Assembly (NCBI RefSeq): GCF_009914755.1
Contig: NC_060930.1
DNA: 64,000 nt
From: the human T2T-CHM13v2.0 reference genome, Homo sapiens
Reading direction: 5' to 3' (one strand)
The position numbers and the translations under genes were made by a program. Under the pieces are notes generated by a model. That model saw only the letters and a program-made list of their open reading frames with translations. It was not told where the DNA came from and ran no database searches. Shown here piece by piece: positions 50,844-62,915 of the stretch (position 1 is the stretch's first letter; every line of letters starts with the position of its first letter).

Positions 50844-51762
50844 TCAGTGGGGTCCCACAGAGATGGGACGTGGCTTAGGAGGAATCCCGGGCTGCGGGCA
50901 TTCCTTGGCCCAGAGGCCAGATTTCCGGCACATGTAGCAAGCTCCTGTGGGAGGAGGTTCTAGAGGAATGCCTGGCCGCTGCGGTTCAGGTGTTTGCAAG
51001 TTCTTGTGTGCTGGAGATGTGGCTGGGGTTTGTCTCACAGTGGAGGCAAGGAATTGCAACTTTTTTCTATCATTGTACACCTTGAAGGTGAGGTTAATTA
51101 AATCCTGTTGTGGGGTTTGAGGGCCAGAATTTAATTTTTGGAGTTTTATTTAATGTCGGGAGCAGATTGGGTAATAAAATGTATTTTGAGAATAAGACGG
51201 CCTTTTGACTTTTTAGGGTCTAGGGCTGTAAAGTGTCTCAGGGTTGCTGCCAAACAAGTCATGAACTGGGCTGGATTTTTATATTTGATGAAAAAGAGCC
51301 TAAACGCTATCCGATTTGGGATAAAGAAAAAGGAGCATTAACCTTGACTATGCCTTTGGCTCCAGCCACCTTTTTAAGAGTAAATTGCTGGGCAGGTGGG
51401 GGAGGGCTAGTCAAGAACGAAACTGTAAGCCAGACCAGGTGTGAGGAGGGGAGGCGATAAAAAGATTATAGGGTGGAGGAGCGGAGGCTGAGGAAGCATT
51501 GGGACCTAGCTAGGCCTGGCGAGGAGGGGAGAGGTCAGATGGGTCTGTAGAAAAGGAAGATTAGAAAGACTCATCGATGCTTGGGTTTGGGACTTAGGGG
51601 ACAGGCGGGAGGGAAAGAAGGAAGATTTGGGATGATTTGCACTGGGCACAGAGACAAGGAAGGGACTGATGTGTAAAAGAATGCCTGGACGTCAGGCACC
51701 TCAGACTGTTTGCCTATTTTAGGACAAGAATTATTTAGATCTTGCAGGATGGAAAAATTCAA
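50844..51762 (-). pseudogene. gag: HERV-H gag remnants
   Basis: Degenerate zinc knuckle CYMCRKSGLWAKEC; NFSILQDL fragment. Confidence 0.85.
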
Positions 51763-52039
51763 AGTGCCATTTTCTGGCTGTTTGGAACTACAGTCGAGTT
51801 TGTATTGGGGTCAAGTGGCATTGCAGAAGAAAATAAGGCATTTAGGTTTTAGGTCAGTTGTGAGTTGAAGAGATTTTAAGTTTTTGAGAACACAGGCCAA
51901 GGGAGTAGAAGGAGGAATGGAGGGTGGAAGGTTGCCTATAGTGAAGGAAGCAAGCCTAGAGAAGAGAGTAGAGAAATGGAGGGAAGGGGTTTGGGGGGTC
52001 TTCCCTTCCAGAAAAGTGGGAAAAGGGGTTAGGGCACAG

Positions 52040-52450
52040 AGATAAGAGGTCAGGGCATGGAAATAAGGGGTTGGGGCATGGAAATAAGGGGTCAGGGCAT
52101 GGAAATAAGGGATTGGGGCACAGAGATACGAGGTTGGGGTGCGGAAATAAGGGATTGGGGGTTCTTGCCCCCTAGAAAAGCGGGACTTGCCGCTAAGGGT
52201 GAAAGAGAAGGGGTTGAGGGGTACTTGCCCCTCCCCCAGAAAAGCGGGACTTGCCACTAAGGGTGAAGGAGAAGGGGTTGAGGTGTACTTGCCCCTCACC
52301 CAGAAAAGCGGGACTTGCCACTAAGGGTGAAGGAGAAGGGGTTGAGGGGTACTTGCCCCTGCCCCAGGAAAGGAGAGAAGGGGTAGAGACAAGGAGAGAA
52401 GGGGTTGGGGTACTTGCCTCTTCCCCAGAAAGGCGGGACTTGCTGCTAAG
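52040..52450. repeat. Tandem repeats of the HERV-H leader (~21-bp and ~59-bp units)
   Basis: Repeated ggcatggaaataagggg and agaaaagcgggacttgcc.ctaagggtgaaggagaaggggttgag. Confidence 0.85.
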
Positions 52451-52732
52451 CGTGAAGGACCAAGGCAGGCGTCCCTGCGTGGTCTGACACCTTTGAAACG
52501 TGGGTGAATAATCAGAGAGGCATCCCTGCAATGATTAAACACCAAGGGAAGCCTGCCTTCCCAGTCTGTGACTGGCGCCGGAGTTTTGGGTCCACAGATA
52601 AAACGTGTCTCCTTTGTCTCTCCCAGAAAATGAAAGGAATTGAAATTAAGAGAAGGGAGAGATTGAAGAGTGGAAAGAAGAAAGTGGTTGAGGGACAGTG
52701 AGAGAGGTTGGAGAAGAGAGTAAGAAGAGGCC

Positions 52733-52741
52733 ACCTACCTG
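52733..52741 (-). other. HERV-H major splice donor CAG|GTAGGT
   Basis: Lies at the usual leader position about 145 nt downstream of the 5' LTR (TTTTAAATCAG|GT). Confidence 0.8.
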
Positions 52742-52864
52742 ATTTAAAATTGGTGAGATGTTCCTTGGGCTGGTCAGTCTGAGGACCTGAGGTCGTAGGT
52801 GGATCTTTCTCATGGAGCAAAGAACAAGAGGACAGGGGATTGATCTCCCAGGGGAGTTCCCCCA

Positions 52865-52882
52865 ATCCGAGTCACGGCGCCA
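52865..52882 (-). other. Primer-binding site for tRNA-His
   Basis: TGGCGCCGTGACTCGGAT, one mismatch to the complement of the tRNA-His 3' end. Confidence 0.95.
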
Positions 52883-52884
52883 AA

Positions 52885-53334
52885 TTTCATGCACGTCTGT
52901 GTGAAGAGACCACCAAACAGGCTTTGTGTGAGCAACATGGCTATTTATTTCACCTGGGTGCAGGCAGGTGAAAATAAGAGAGTCAGCGAAAGGGAGATAA
53001 GGGTGGGGCTGTTTTATAGGATTTGGGTGGGTAAAGGAAAATTACAGTCAAAGGGGGTTTGTTCTCTCGCGGGCAGGAGTAGGGGTCGCAAGGTGCTCAG
53101 TGGGGGTGCTTTTTGAGCCAGGATGAGCCAGGAAAAGGACTTTCACAAGGTAATGTCATCACTTAAGGCAAGGACTGGCCATTTACACTTCTTTTGTGGT
53201 GGAATGTCATCAATTAAGGTGGGCCAGGGCATACTCACTTCTTTTGTGATTCTTCAGTTTCTTCAGGCCATCTGGGCATATACGTGCAAGTCACAGGGGA
53301 TGTGATGGCTTGGCTTGGGCTCAGAGGCCTGACA
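52885..53334 (-). promoter_or_regulatory. 5' LTR7 promoter, LTR7up-like
   Basis: Intact TATAAAA at 53012-53018; two ACAAAAGA motifs at 53190-53197 and 53240-53247. Confidence 0.9.
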
Positions 53335-53395
53335 CTGGCCTTGATTAAGATTTAGGGGAAGACATGCTGTCTGCAGTGCACTCTACTTAATCTTC
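53335..53395 (-). pseudogene. 5' part of the PAN-like exon split by HERV-H
   Basis: Acceptor ATTGCAG; SALQTACLPLNLNQGQ runs in frame through the TSD into DLREV. Confidence 0.7.
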
Positions 53396-55016
53396 CTGCA
53401 ATATCTAAATTTATTAATCTCAATTTGCTAGTCTCCAAAATAGGAGTCATTAACCCTTTTTATAGATGAAAAAATGAGTTTCAGAAATCAAGATACTAAA
53501 GTTTAGGTAATATAATTCACAAATTACACAGCCTAGATTCAAAATCATGGTTTCAAATAGCATGATTTGCCCATGACCTTTCCCCTATATACTGCAGGAA
53601 AAACTATACTAGACAATACTATCCCCAAGTCTCATATGTAAGAAACAAAGCCAGCTTAAGGATGTAGAGTAAAGAGATTTGGATTTTATGGACAGAGGGA
53701 TTATGAATATGTTTTGTTTTATTTTGTTTCTTATTTGTTTGTTTTTTGTTTTTCCTAGCTGGAATACGGCATGTAGTGTGGAGAGATTAAAGAAAGAGGG
53801 AAATGAGAAGGTTTAGGTTCATTTTTGGAAAATTGAAATACTTAACACTTATTTTGCTATTGTCATCTAACATGTATTGAGCATTATCTTACACAACCTT
53901 GATCTAGTATTATTTTAATCACGATTTCTAAGACTTCTGGAACCACATGGCAACTGGAACTACACAGCAAGTATTCTTCATCTGGGTCCTTAGATATGAG
54001 AAGATAAGCTTCCAGGGGTCCATAAATACAGAGATTAGAGGCAGAGTTTTACCTGTGAGTGCCTTTCTCTGGGAAGAGGTTCAATAGTTCCTTCAGATCA
54101 TGAAGAGTATCCATGAGCTAAAAGTAGTTAAGGAAAACAAAATTTCTATAGCTTCATATTGCAGTTCTAAGGAATCTTGCCCTTTCTCATGACTTGTATA
54201 ACCTACAACCTACACTGTCTTTAGGACTTCAGACATAACATTTAGTCTCCTAATGAACATCAACCTTAAGAGGTCCTATAGCATTTGCAAACTCAGGATG
54301 TCTAAATGTGTGTTGTGCATGCATTGCACACACATTCTCCTCTTGATTTCATATCTCATTTGGTGACAATACCATCCTCTTCTCCATCCAGGAAAACTGG
54401 TTCTCATCCTATTATTCCCTTTCTGCTTCTTTTAATCAAACACCAAACACTGCTAATTATATACCTCATAAGAAACTGTTGAATCCATTCTCTCTTTTGT
54501 AGTTCTAGGTTGGCTTTTACAACCTCCTTCCTCTGTGATCTCTTTCAACCATCTACTCCACTTACTTTAAGTGGCTCTTCAAAGATGCTGATACTTTTCA
54601 TGGCACACAAAGTCTGCAACACTTTTTCATCTTTCCCACTATTTTGCCTACACACTTAATATTCCGTTTTCATAACTACATCTTTTGTAGAACAAATTCT
54701 CCCTATATTTTTTCTTAAATGCTTGCTCTTTGTATTGCACTCATTCTGATCTTCCTCTCATCCCTCACAAATTTCTATCAAAATTAATGACTCTTTTTTG
54801 AAGCCTCCCTGACTGCCCAAGGATGAATTAAGTGCTCCTTCTCTGTGCTTCTGTCTAGGGCAGTGGTTCTCAAATTTTAATTGCAACAGAATCACCTAGA
54901 GGGCTTGTTAAAACATCAATTGCTGATTCAGGTGCTGATTCAGGTTCTGATTCAGCAGGTCTTGGGGTGGAGCCTGAACAGCTGACCAGGTCAAACAGTT
55001 ATCATCTGGGACTTAG

Positions 55017-55200
55017 CTCCACACGCACTGAACTGGGTCAACTCCTGGGTCACTCTGGTTCATAGAAATCCCGAGCCAAGACAATGGCTCAGCATGTTAC
55101 TAAGTAGCAATCTCTGCATGAGGTTTGTTCTGTATCACCAGCCAGTCTTCTCATAAGGGGTTCTAGAACTTGGACAGCATGTGGAGTTATATATGACTGC
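55017..55200 (-). pseudogene. PAN-like pseudo-exon
   Basis: GDTEQTSCRDCYLVTC*AIVL; donor mutated to CTAAGT. Confidence 0.7.
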
Positions 55201-55296
55201 CTACCAAGCACAACTGCACCAGAGGTATTGATTCACATTACTTTTTTTTACTGAAGTACTAGCGTTTCATCTCCAGCAGCAAAATTCACTACTTAT

Positions 55297-55459
55297 AGAA
55301 ATACTTTTACTGACTTGAGCTCCATAATTTTCAATTGACTGACTTTTAGGAGAGAATTATCAAAGCTATCAGAGTTGTAACATCTCTGAACTAAAATGAT
55401 CTGGATACATTTATTTTCTAGTTTTAAGAAGCAGTAACAAACTGAACAATTATTTGACT
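55297..55459 (-). pseudogene. PAN-like pseudo-exon, fully open 53-codon frame
   Basis: ACTTGCAG|; SNNCSVCYCFLKLENKCIQIILVQRCYNSD...; donor mutated to ATAAGT; phase matches the next exon. Confidence 0.75.
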
Positions 55460-55649
55460 CTGCAAGTAATTATGAGAGACAGCAAAGAAAAAATAGTTTT
55501 ATGGTTATTTGGAAAGCTAAGGTCATATTTGCAAGGATAAAACAGTCCTTTTAAACTGCTGAGAAATATGCCTGTATAAAAAGAAATGACTCAAGATTTT
55601 CTGCTTGTATTATTGAATAAATGTATCTAAGAACAGTCAGGCAATTTAC

Positions 55650-55895
55650 CTATTTGAAAAACAAATCTGCTAGCAGATTTCTTAAGAAGGACCTCTACCA
55701 TGGTGCTGACTTTACTAGAGTCATAATGCACTTTGCATTACATAGTTGGAAACAAACAGCAATAGAAACTCATTGTATCTTAATACCTCATTCTCTGCTT
55801 TGAAATTCTTTGAAGGTCATTTTCCTGTTTCAGTTTAAGAAGTCACGGAAAAAATTTTATGTTGCATATCTTTAAAACATAACTTTTCTGTGATC
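55650..55895 (-). pseudogene. PAN-like pseudo-exon
   Basis: catttctctag|...TAG|GTAAAT; MTFKEFQSRE*GIKIQ*VSIAVCFQLCNAKCIM. Confidence 0.7.
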
Positions 55896-56088
55896 CTAGA
55901 GAAATGTAGGAACACAAAGGAAGATATGTCTTCTTCCTCCACTCCGCCCCCATTTGAAGATACTCCTTTTTGTTAGCATTTATTAAATCAAACATTCTTT
56001 CAAAAACTGTCTTCAACATGTTTCAAATTATATAGCATGTTTAAGACATTACCTACTTCATTCACATGAATAAATATGAATCTCTTAC

Positions 56089-56294
56089 CTGATCTGTTCA
56101 GTATCTAGCGCCTAATGAATGTTAAACATCCTGGACTCTGCCTCTCCCCTTTGAGCCAAAGGGGATGCTTGTCATTTGCCCTCTCAAATGTGGATTAGAA
56201 AAAGAGCCTCAACAGCCCCTTTTCTAGCAGTCAGTTTCTGCCAGATGTCTTTTGATCTGAACCAGAGTCCTCAACTGGCAGTCTCACTGGATGC
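56089..56294 (-). pseudogene. PAN-like pseudo-exon
   Basis: CCCTTAG|...CAG|GTAAGA; LPVE/LWFRSK...HI*EGK*QASPL/PGCLTF. Confidence 0.7.
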
Positions 56295-56390
56295 CTAAGG
56301 GTCCTTCTAACTTTATAGGGTATAGTAACTTATTTCCTGAATCCCCTCATACTTTAGGCAAACTGGAACCAGCAGGCTTTCGTAGACTTC

Positions 56391-56586
56391 CTGGATGTAT
56401 CAATGCCTTTATAAAAATCGCCTATAATTGTGCCCTTGAAGCAGGACACTTCTGTTTAGTTTCCTTTGTGTAGTGCCACACACAGATGTTTACCCAATGC
56501 TTTTGAGTGATCCAAATCAGCCTGGTAATCTACATTTTTTCAAACTATATTGATGTCAGCATAGATGATTTTAATGCATTTTTTAC
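56391..56586 (-). pseudogene. Apple/PAN-like pseudo-exon
   Basis: CCCCAACAG|; FEKNVDYQADLDHSKALGKHLCVAL...VSCFKG (apple-like NVD[FY] start). Confidence 0.65.
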
Positions 56587-56682
56587 CTGTTGGGGTAATG
56601 ACCCAAGATTCTCAATAGAGCATCTTTTTAAATAAATTCTTCACCCCAATCTCCTAACCTCTTCTACATAGCTAGCTAGTAC

Positions 56683-56886
56683 TCAGCACCTCATTGCAAC
56701 AGTCAGGGACAGGAGAGATATCAGAAGATAAAGTCTACTATTCCCAGGGTAGGATATAGCCTTGGTTTCCACCCAGCTTTAAACTGTGATTCTCATCATC
56801 AGAAGACTTTTGCAAGACTTTTGGCGTTTATGTGACAGAAAAGAAACTCGTCTTACTGCTTTACACACTGTCAAAGTATTTCTTCC
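56683..56886 (-). pseudogene. PAN-like pseudo-exon
   Basis: TTTGTAG|; KKYFDS.../KSCKS/SDDENHS. Confidence 0.55.
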
Positions 56887-57009
56887 CTACAAATATTTGT
56901 TATACTTCTGTAAGTTAGGGTTTAAAATGAGCTGCATTTACTCTTAAATTTACTTCATAAAGAAAATATCTTATTTTCTTTTTCATGTTAGTATCTCCTT
57001 AATCATGAT

Positions 57010-57227
57010 TTCTTTTCAAAATCCTTTGTTTATTTTAGTTTTTTGAAGACTTCAAAATTAAAAGCAGGATTATATCTCCCAAAGCAGTAAAGAAACATAT
57101 CTTATAGAAGGTTATTAAAGACATATAATTGTTTGACTTTACCATCATTGAGATAAAATATTAAATGCTTCCAATGAATTATATTCTTGACAATCTGCTG
57201 AATTAGAATCCAGGAAAGTTAACAGAA
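57010..57227 (-). pseudogene. PAN-like pseudo-exon
   Basis: CCTACAG|; EYNSLEAFNILSQ/YMSLITFYKICFF. Confidence 0.55.
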
Positions 57228-57570
57228 CTGTAGGCTATCAGTCTCATTTTCAAACACTTATGGCCATGCAAAACAATGCTCAATATTTTTGCAATTATTA
57301 TTTAATTTAGTTTCCCCAATAACACTGTTAGATAAGTATTATTATTTCTAAGTTTCTGAAAAGAAACTAGTGGTCAGAGATAGTAAGTGATTATCGAAGG
57401 TTTTACAGTGATGTTGCAAATAGGCGTATAGATTATATAGGAATCAATGTCATAATAGTAGTAATACTGTTAATGCAATATATTCTAGAAAATAAGTTAA
57501 TATATTATGCCAAGGCATGTAAAACCAGAAAGTAGGTCATTTTTATAGTTAATAAATTTCTTAATTTCTT

Positions 57571-57698
57571 CCTATTTCTGCCTTCATTAAATTTAAGGTC
57601 ATCCTCCAAGGACTCATATACTAGAGTCAAAAGTTTGACTCTTCATATCACAAAGGAGTCAGTTTTTCTAAGTATGAATTTCCCATTGATATATGTGC
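57571..57698 (-). pseudogene. Pseudo-exon
   Basis: Pyrimidine tract with mutated AG; near-open TYINGKFIL...YESLEDDLKFNE. Confidence 0.35.
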
Positions 57699-58062
57699 AT
57701 AAGAAGAGAAGAACACTGTCAGCATTTAAGAGATGTTTTTGAAAAGAAGAAAAAAAATTATTCTTCACAGAGCAGAGCATAGTAGACATAGTGTTTGTGA
57801 TCATTATAAATTACTTCCTAGCAAGGAAGTGCTTGTTCTTCCTGTGTTATTTTTTCCTTTTTTTTTTTTTTTCCTGTAGTAAAGAAGTAAAGTCAAGGTG
57901 TGCTGAGTCATTGCATAGTGTTCTCTTATATCCTGTTATTGGCCACCTTACAAGTAATAACTTCTCCCAGCTGCCCTTTGTTGACTATTTTCTATGTGCC
58001 TGCTATTATGTAAGGTGCTCCTGTCTTGACAAAAATCCCATAAGGTCAGTATTATTACTCAC

Positions 58063-58240
58063 CAGTTCTCACTGCAGCAACAACTAATAAAGCAAATTAA
58101 ATATAAAGGGATCCCCTGTAAGGAAGAATCCTAGGATTTGAGCCCAGGCTTCTAAGGTTCATGATTTCTGTCTGGAATGGAAAATCCAAGCAACCTTTTG
58201 TACCTGACCAAATAGAAGACTTTAATACTATTATTTTACA
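58063..58240 (-). pseudogene. PAN-like pseudo-exon
   Basis: Donor CTG|GTGAGT; SSIWSGTKGCLDF (ORF 58097..58285)/TLEAWAQI/YLICFI. Confidence 0.55.
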
Positions 58241-58537
58241 TGCAGAGAATTCAAAAGGAAAGAAAAACCTTGTAAATTGTATCAAGGATAGATTTATTAG
58301 AAGTAATAGCTGTTAGTCAGAAATTGTCCCCTAAGAAGAAGGTAGCTGGATATAAATAATTCTGTACTGTTTATACCAACCCACATTTCATGCACCAATC
58401 CTTCTCACCCACCATGCTTTCACTCTCTTCCTATTACTAATTCCCTCATTAGCCTATATTTTCATGTATCACCTACGCATTTTCCTCTAAATATTGATTA
58501 TCTTTTATCTTATTTCTCTTGTCAAAAAATAAACTTC

Positions 58538-61470
58538 TGTATCATACAGGTTTTTTGAAGCCCTAATATCTGAGACAGGTCTGTTAATTTTGAAAGTTTA
58601 TTTTGCTAGAGTTGAGGACTTGCATGCATGACACAGCCTCAGAAGGTCCTGATGACATGTGCCCAAGGTAGTTGGGGCACAGCTTGGTTTCATACGTTAT
58701 AGGGAGACATGAGACATCAATCAATATATGTAAGATGTACCTTGGTTTCATACAGAAAGTCCAGATAACTAGAAGCAGGAGGGGGCTTCCATGTCACAGG
58801 TAGGTGAGAGGCAAATGGTTGCATTCTTTTGATTTTCTTATTAGCTTTTTCAAAGGAGGCAATCAGATATGCATTTATCTCAGTGAGCAGAGGGATGACT
58901 TTGAATAGAATAAGTCAACAGTCAAAAGCTGTTGGCCCTGTTTCAGTCAAGGAAACTTTTATTTTGAGCTACTGACAGCTTTTAACAATTAAGTAAAATA
59001 TATTCTTGTGAACAAAATTTGGAACATATTTGTTTCTCTCTACCTGATTTCTCCAGAATTTGGAAACTATTTGTGAGTATTCTTAACTTATGGCAATACA
59101 GTTATTTGCATAAGAGTCTCTTTTCATTTGAACAAAATTTGGTTCACAGGAGTGTACTTTACTTCATTGTTAAAGCTCTTAATAGCTCAAAAGAAAAGTT
59201 TCCTTGACCCTAAGCAGTTCCCAGCTTGACTTTTCCCTTTAGCTTTGTGATTTGGGGGCCCCAATATTTATTTTCCTTTCACATTTTCCCCGTTTTGTTT
59301 TTAAAATCTTTGGAGAAAGTATTTTAGAAGAAAATGAATTTCTGGTCTCAGCTTTTGTCTGATCTCTCATGGCTAGGATGGTTTATTCCTAATCAGGTAG
59401 GTCCTGAGTTATTAGAAAAGCTCATTTTAGCAGCTTGTGAAGTCTCATATCCTATGAAGACAAAATAGGGAAAGGAAGGGAGAAAAACAACAACAAAAGA
59501 ACAATCCTGGAAAATTGATATAGGCTACATTACTCTGAAGTCCATACATCAGCAGGCAGGTATGAAAGTGGCTTATGTATGTAACTAGGTTGCTGTTATT
59601 TTCTTCTAAAGTTTAAGTTGTCTAGCTTCAGTTTGCAGGGCTTTAATAAAGCACAGCTTAATTTTCAGTGATTTCAAATTAGGAAAAATGGAGGAAAAAG
59701 GAAAAGAAAGAAGAAAAAAATGAAAATATTATTTTGGAGTTATGTAGCTGGAAAAATTAGAATTCAGTCCAAACTGTAGAAAACAATAAAATTGGAAAAA
59801 CATTAGGCAAGACTAGAATCTAACAACAGGTGTACTACAGTTTTTGAAACATAATTTTTCTCCCTGCAGTTTCCCATTTTTACTAAAGACAAATCATGTT
59901 AGGACCAATTTGCTTTATTATACTTGGCCAGATGATTTGTATAAAGTGCAGCAAGACTAATTACTTTTCACATAGGCTTTTTAGACTGGCTTTTATGGAA
60001 CTTTGTTCCATAGAAGGAATCTCAGATAAGACTTTCTTAAAACCAAGCCCAGCCATGGATTTGTACCATCAAATACCTATGAGTTGGGTGAATTCCCCTC
60101 CTCTTGAGGTCCCAAGATAACTTGGGGCTCCTGAACCTGTCAGAAAGTGGCATTCTTTACTTACCACAGGTCAGGAACCCTGTACAGGGACTGTGTAGAC
60201 AAGGTATGAGGCCAGTTTTCCCACGGGGCTTTTATTGGCCGTATAAGTCAAATTTAATTTCTTAAAGGAAAACACACTATTTCAGTCAAAGCCTTGGTAA
60301 AATAAGCACTTTCTCCAATTGTGTCTTGTTACAAATGAAAATAGACTCTTATTACATTTATGAACATAACCATATTGCCATAAATTAAGAATAATCACAA
60401 ATAGTTTCTAAATTCTAGAGAAATGAGGTAGAGAGAAATAAATATGTTCCAAATTTTGTTCACAGAAGTATACTTTATTTAATTGTTAAAAGCTGTAAAC
60501 AGCTCAAAAGAAAGGTTTCCTTGACTCTGAAAAATAAAACAAAGAATCAGCAACATTTTAAGCAAAAGGTCAAAAAGATTACTTTAATCTTCTATTAGTT
60601 CAGTCCACACAGTTAATTCCTGTTCTGCTTGATATTCATGAACATTTCAGCTATCTGTGAGTCTTGAAAGTTTTTCCTCTGTTCTGATGTCACAATCTCC
60701 AATCTTATCAGAAACCTACATTCAAGAGCACCTGTTAAAGTTTTATAGCTGATTATAAAACCACCTTCTAAAGAGGACCAAAACAAGACAATTATCTATG
60801 GATGACAAAAAGTTTTAGGGCAGCCACAGTCAAAGACGCTATTGACAAGGAAATTTGTTACCTCTGTGGCACACAATAATTTAATATAACAATTATAATT
60901 ATTACTGATAAAATACAGTAAGTCATATCAGAATTATAGGAGTTTCTCATAATTTTGGAACACATACCAATAACATATATATACAAATACAGCCCAAAGA
61001 AAGCCAAACACCATTTCATATTTGACAATGCTTCCTGTATAATTTGTATAACAAATAAACTAAATATGTCATTTTTGGACTTTAGGGAACCTACTATTTT
61101 AAAGGATTAATTAGGTCAAAAAAGTATATGATTTATAATTTGATTTTGGAAAGTTTGTCAAATATCAAAGGTTTAAACACTTGCTATCACAAAATAGGAT
61201 CACAGGTCATTGTCAAATAAGTCATTGATTTAACCAAAGTGATCACTCAAGGATTTCAAAAAAAGCAAAAGCCTTCATTCTTTGAGATAGGAGACTTAAT
61301 TTTCCAAACAATAAGCCCTAATAAAAACATCATGAAGCCAATTAAATTTGTGTTTCAAAATTTTATATAAACAATCTATAAAATTTTAATCTTGACCATA
61401 AGATATAACTTCCATAAGCCTTTTATAACCTTTGTAAGCTTTATTAAGGTGTTGGTTAATACTTCTTAAT
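58538..61470 (-). mobile_element. MER4A-type 3' LTR (~58538-59283) plus MER4-group internal sequence
   Basis: aatatctgagacaggtc...gacatgtgcccaagg...atttattttcctttcaca, followed by a PPT-like ttttccccg and AT-rich MER4-int text. Confidence 0.85.
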
Positions 61471-61476
61471 ATTAAC

Positions 61477-62915
61477 CAGTGCCCGATTAGCCAGCAGCAG
61501 AGACCAACACTAAGCCCTCGATAAGGCACTATTCCTTGGGGTGATCAGCCAGCTACCTGGTGGCAGGGTCATTATATTTGACCTCTTCCAACATGGAACA
61601 GGCAGAGGTTTGTCCTCACTGGAATAGACACTTACTTTGGATATGGGTTTGCCTATCCTGCATGCAATGCTTCTTCCAAGACTATCATCTGTGGACTCAT
61701 GGAATGCCTTATCCACCATCATGGTATTCCACACAGCATGTACTCTGACCAAGGCACTCACTTTACAGCTAAAGAAGTGCAGCAGTGGGCTCATGCTCAT
61801 GGAATTCACTGGTCTTACCACATTCCCCGTCATCCTGAAGAGGCTGGATTGATAGAATGGTGGAATGGACTTTTAAAGTCACAATTACAATATCAGCTAG
61901 GTGACAACACTTTGCAAGCCTGGGGCAAAGTTTTCCCGAAGGCCATGTATGCTCTGAGTCAGTGTCCAACATATGGTACTGTTTCTCCCAAAGCCAGGAT
62001 TCACAGGTTCAGAAATCAAGGGGTGCAAGTGGAAGTGGAACCACTCACCATCACCCCTAGTGATCCACTAGCAAAATTTTTGCTTCTTGTTCCCATGACA
62101 TTAAATTCTGCTGGCCTGAAGGTCTTAAATCCAGAGGAAGGAATGCTGCCACCAGGAGACACAACAACAATTCCATCAAACTAGAAGTTAAGATCGCCAC
62201 CTGGACACTTTGGGCTTCTCCTATCTTTAAGTCAACAGGCTAAGAAGGTAGTTACAGTGTTGGCTGGGGTGATTGACCCAGACTATCAAGATGAAATCAG
62301 TCTACTACTCCATCCAGAGGTAAGGAAGAGTATGCATGGAATATGAGAGATCTGTTAGGGCATCTCTTAGCATTACCATGTCCTGTGATTAAGGTTGATG
62401 GGAAACTACAACAGCCCCATCCAGGCAGGACTACAAATGGCCCAGACCCCTCACTAATGAGTTTGGGTCACTCCAACAGGAAAAAAATAAGACCTGCTGT
62501 GGTGCTTGCTGAAGGCAAAGGGAATACAGAATGGGTAATAGAAAAAAGGTACTAATCAATATCAGCTACGATCACGTGACCAGCTGCTGAAATGAGGACT
62601 ATAATTGTCATGAGTATTTCCTCCTTCTTTTGTTAAAAACATGTTTGTTTATGTACACACTTGTACTAAGAAAATATCTTCATTTTATTTTCTTCTCCTT
62701 TATCATGTGACATGTGATTAATTGACTTTGTATCAGCATGTAAGTGTTGTTAACTTTATGTAATATTATTTGGGTTGGGGATTGGTGCATTTCCAGTTGT
62801 ATGAAGGATAGTTGTATTATGTTAGGTGTAATTATGACCTTATTGTTGTCTTTATTTGAAGATTGTGTATGATCTCAGGAGATGTGTGTGGGTTCAGGTT
62901 GACAAGGGGTGGACT
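61477..62915 (+). mobile_element. HERV-L internal 3' part: integrase and dUTPase remnants
   Basis: HGIPHSMYSDQGTHFT...HPEEAGLIEWWNGLLK (integrase core); dUTPase-like gctggggtgattgacccagactatcaa; PPT gacaaggggtggact. Confidence 0.9.

Larger units (their letters stand above)
47453..53334 (-). mobile_element. HERV-H provirus (5882 bp, internally deleted type) with TSD CTGGC
   Basis: Two 450-bp LTR7 copies, PBS-His, PPT, gag/pro/pol remnants; ctggc at 47448-47452 and 53335-53339. Confidence 0.98.

Noticed and set aside
51811-52865. Long ORFs and regularly spaced repeats in the HERV-H leader (CRISPR-like spacing)
   Set aside because: Ordinary HERV-H leader tandem repeats with no unique spacers, in a eukaryotic context with no cas genes.
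58340-58486. EMWVGINS, resembling a C-type lectin WIGL motif, in a possible further exon
   Set aside because: A single short motif with several stops; not enough for a domain call.
61699-62184. 161-aa integrase ORF as a possible domesticated gene
   Set aside because: A partial frame within a frameshifted HERV-L pol; nothing suggests selection.
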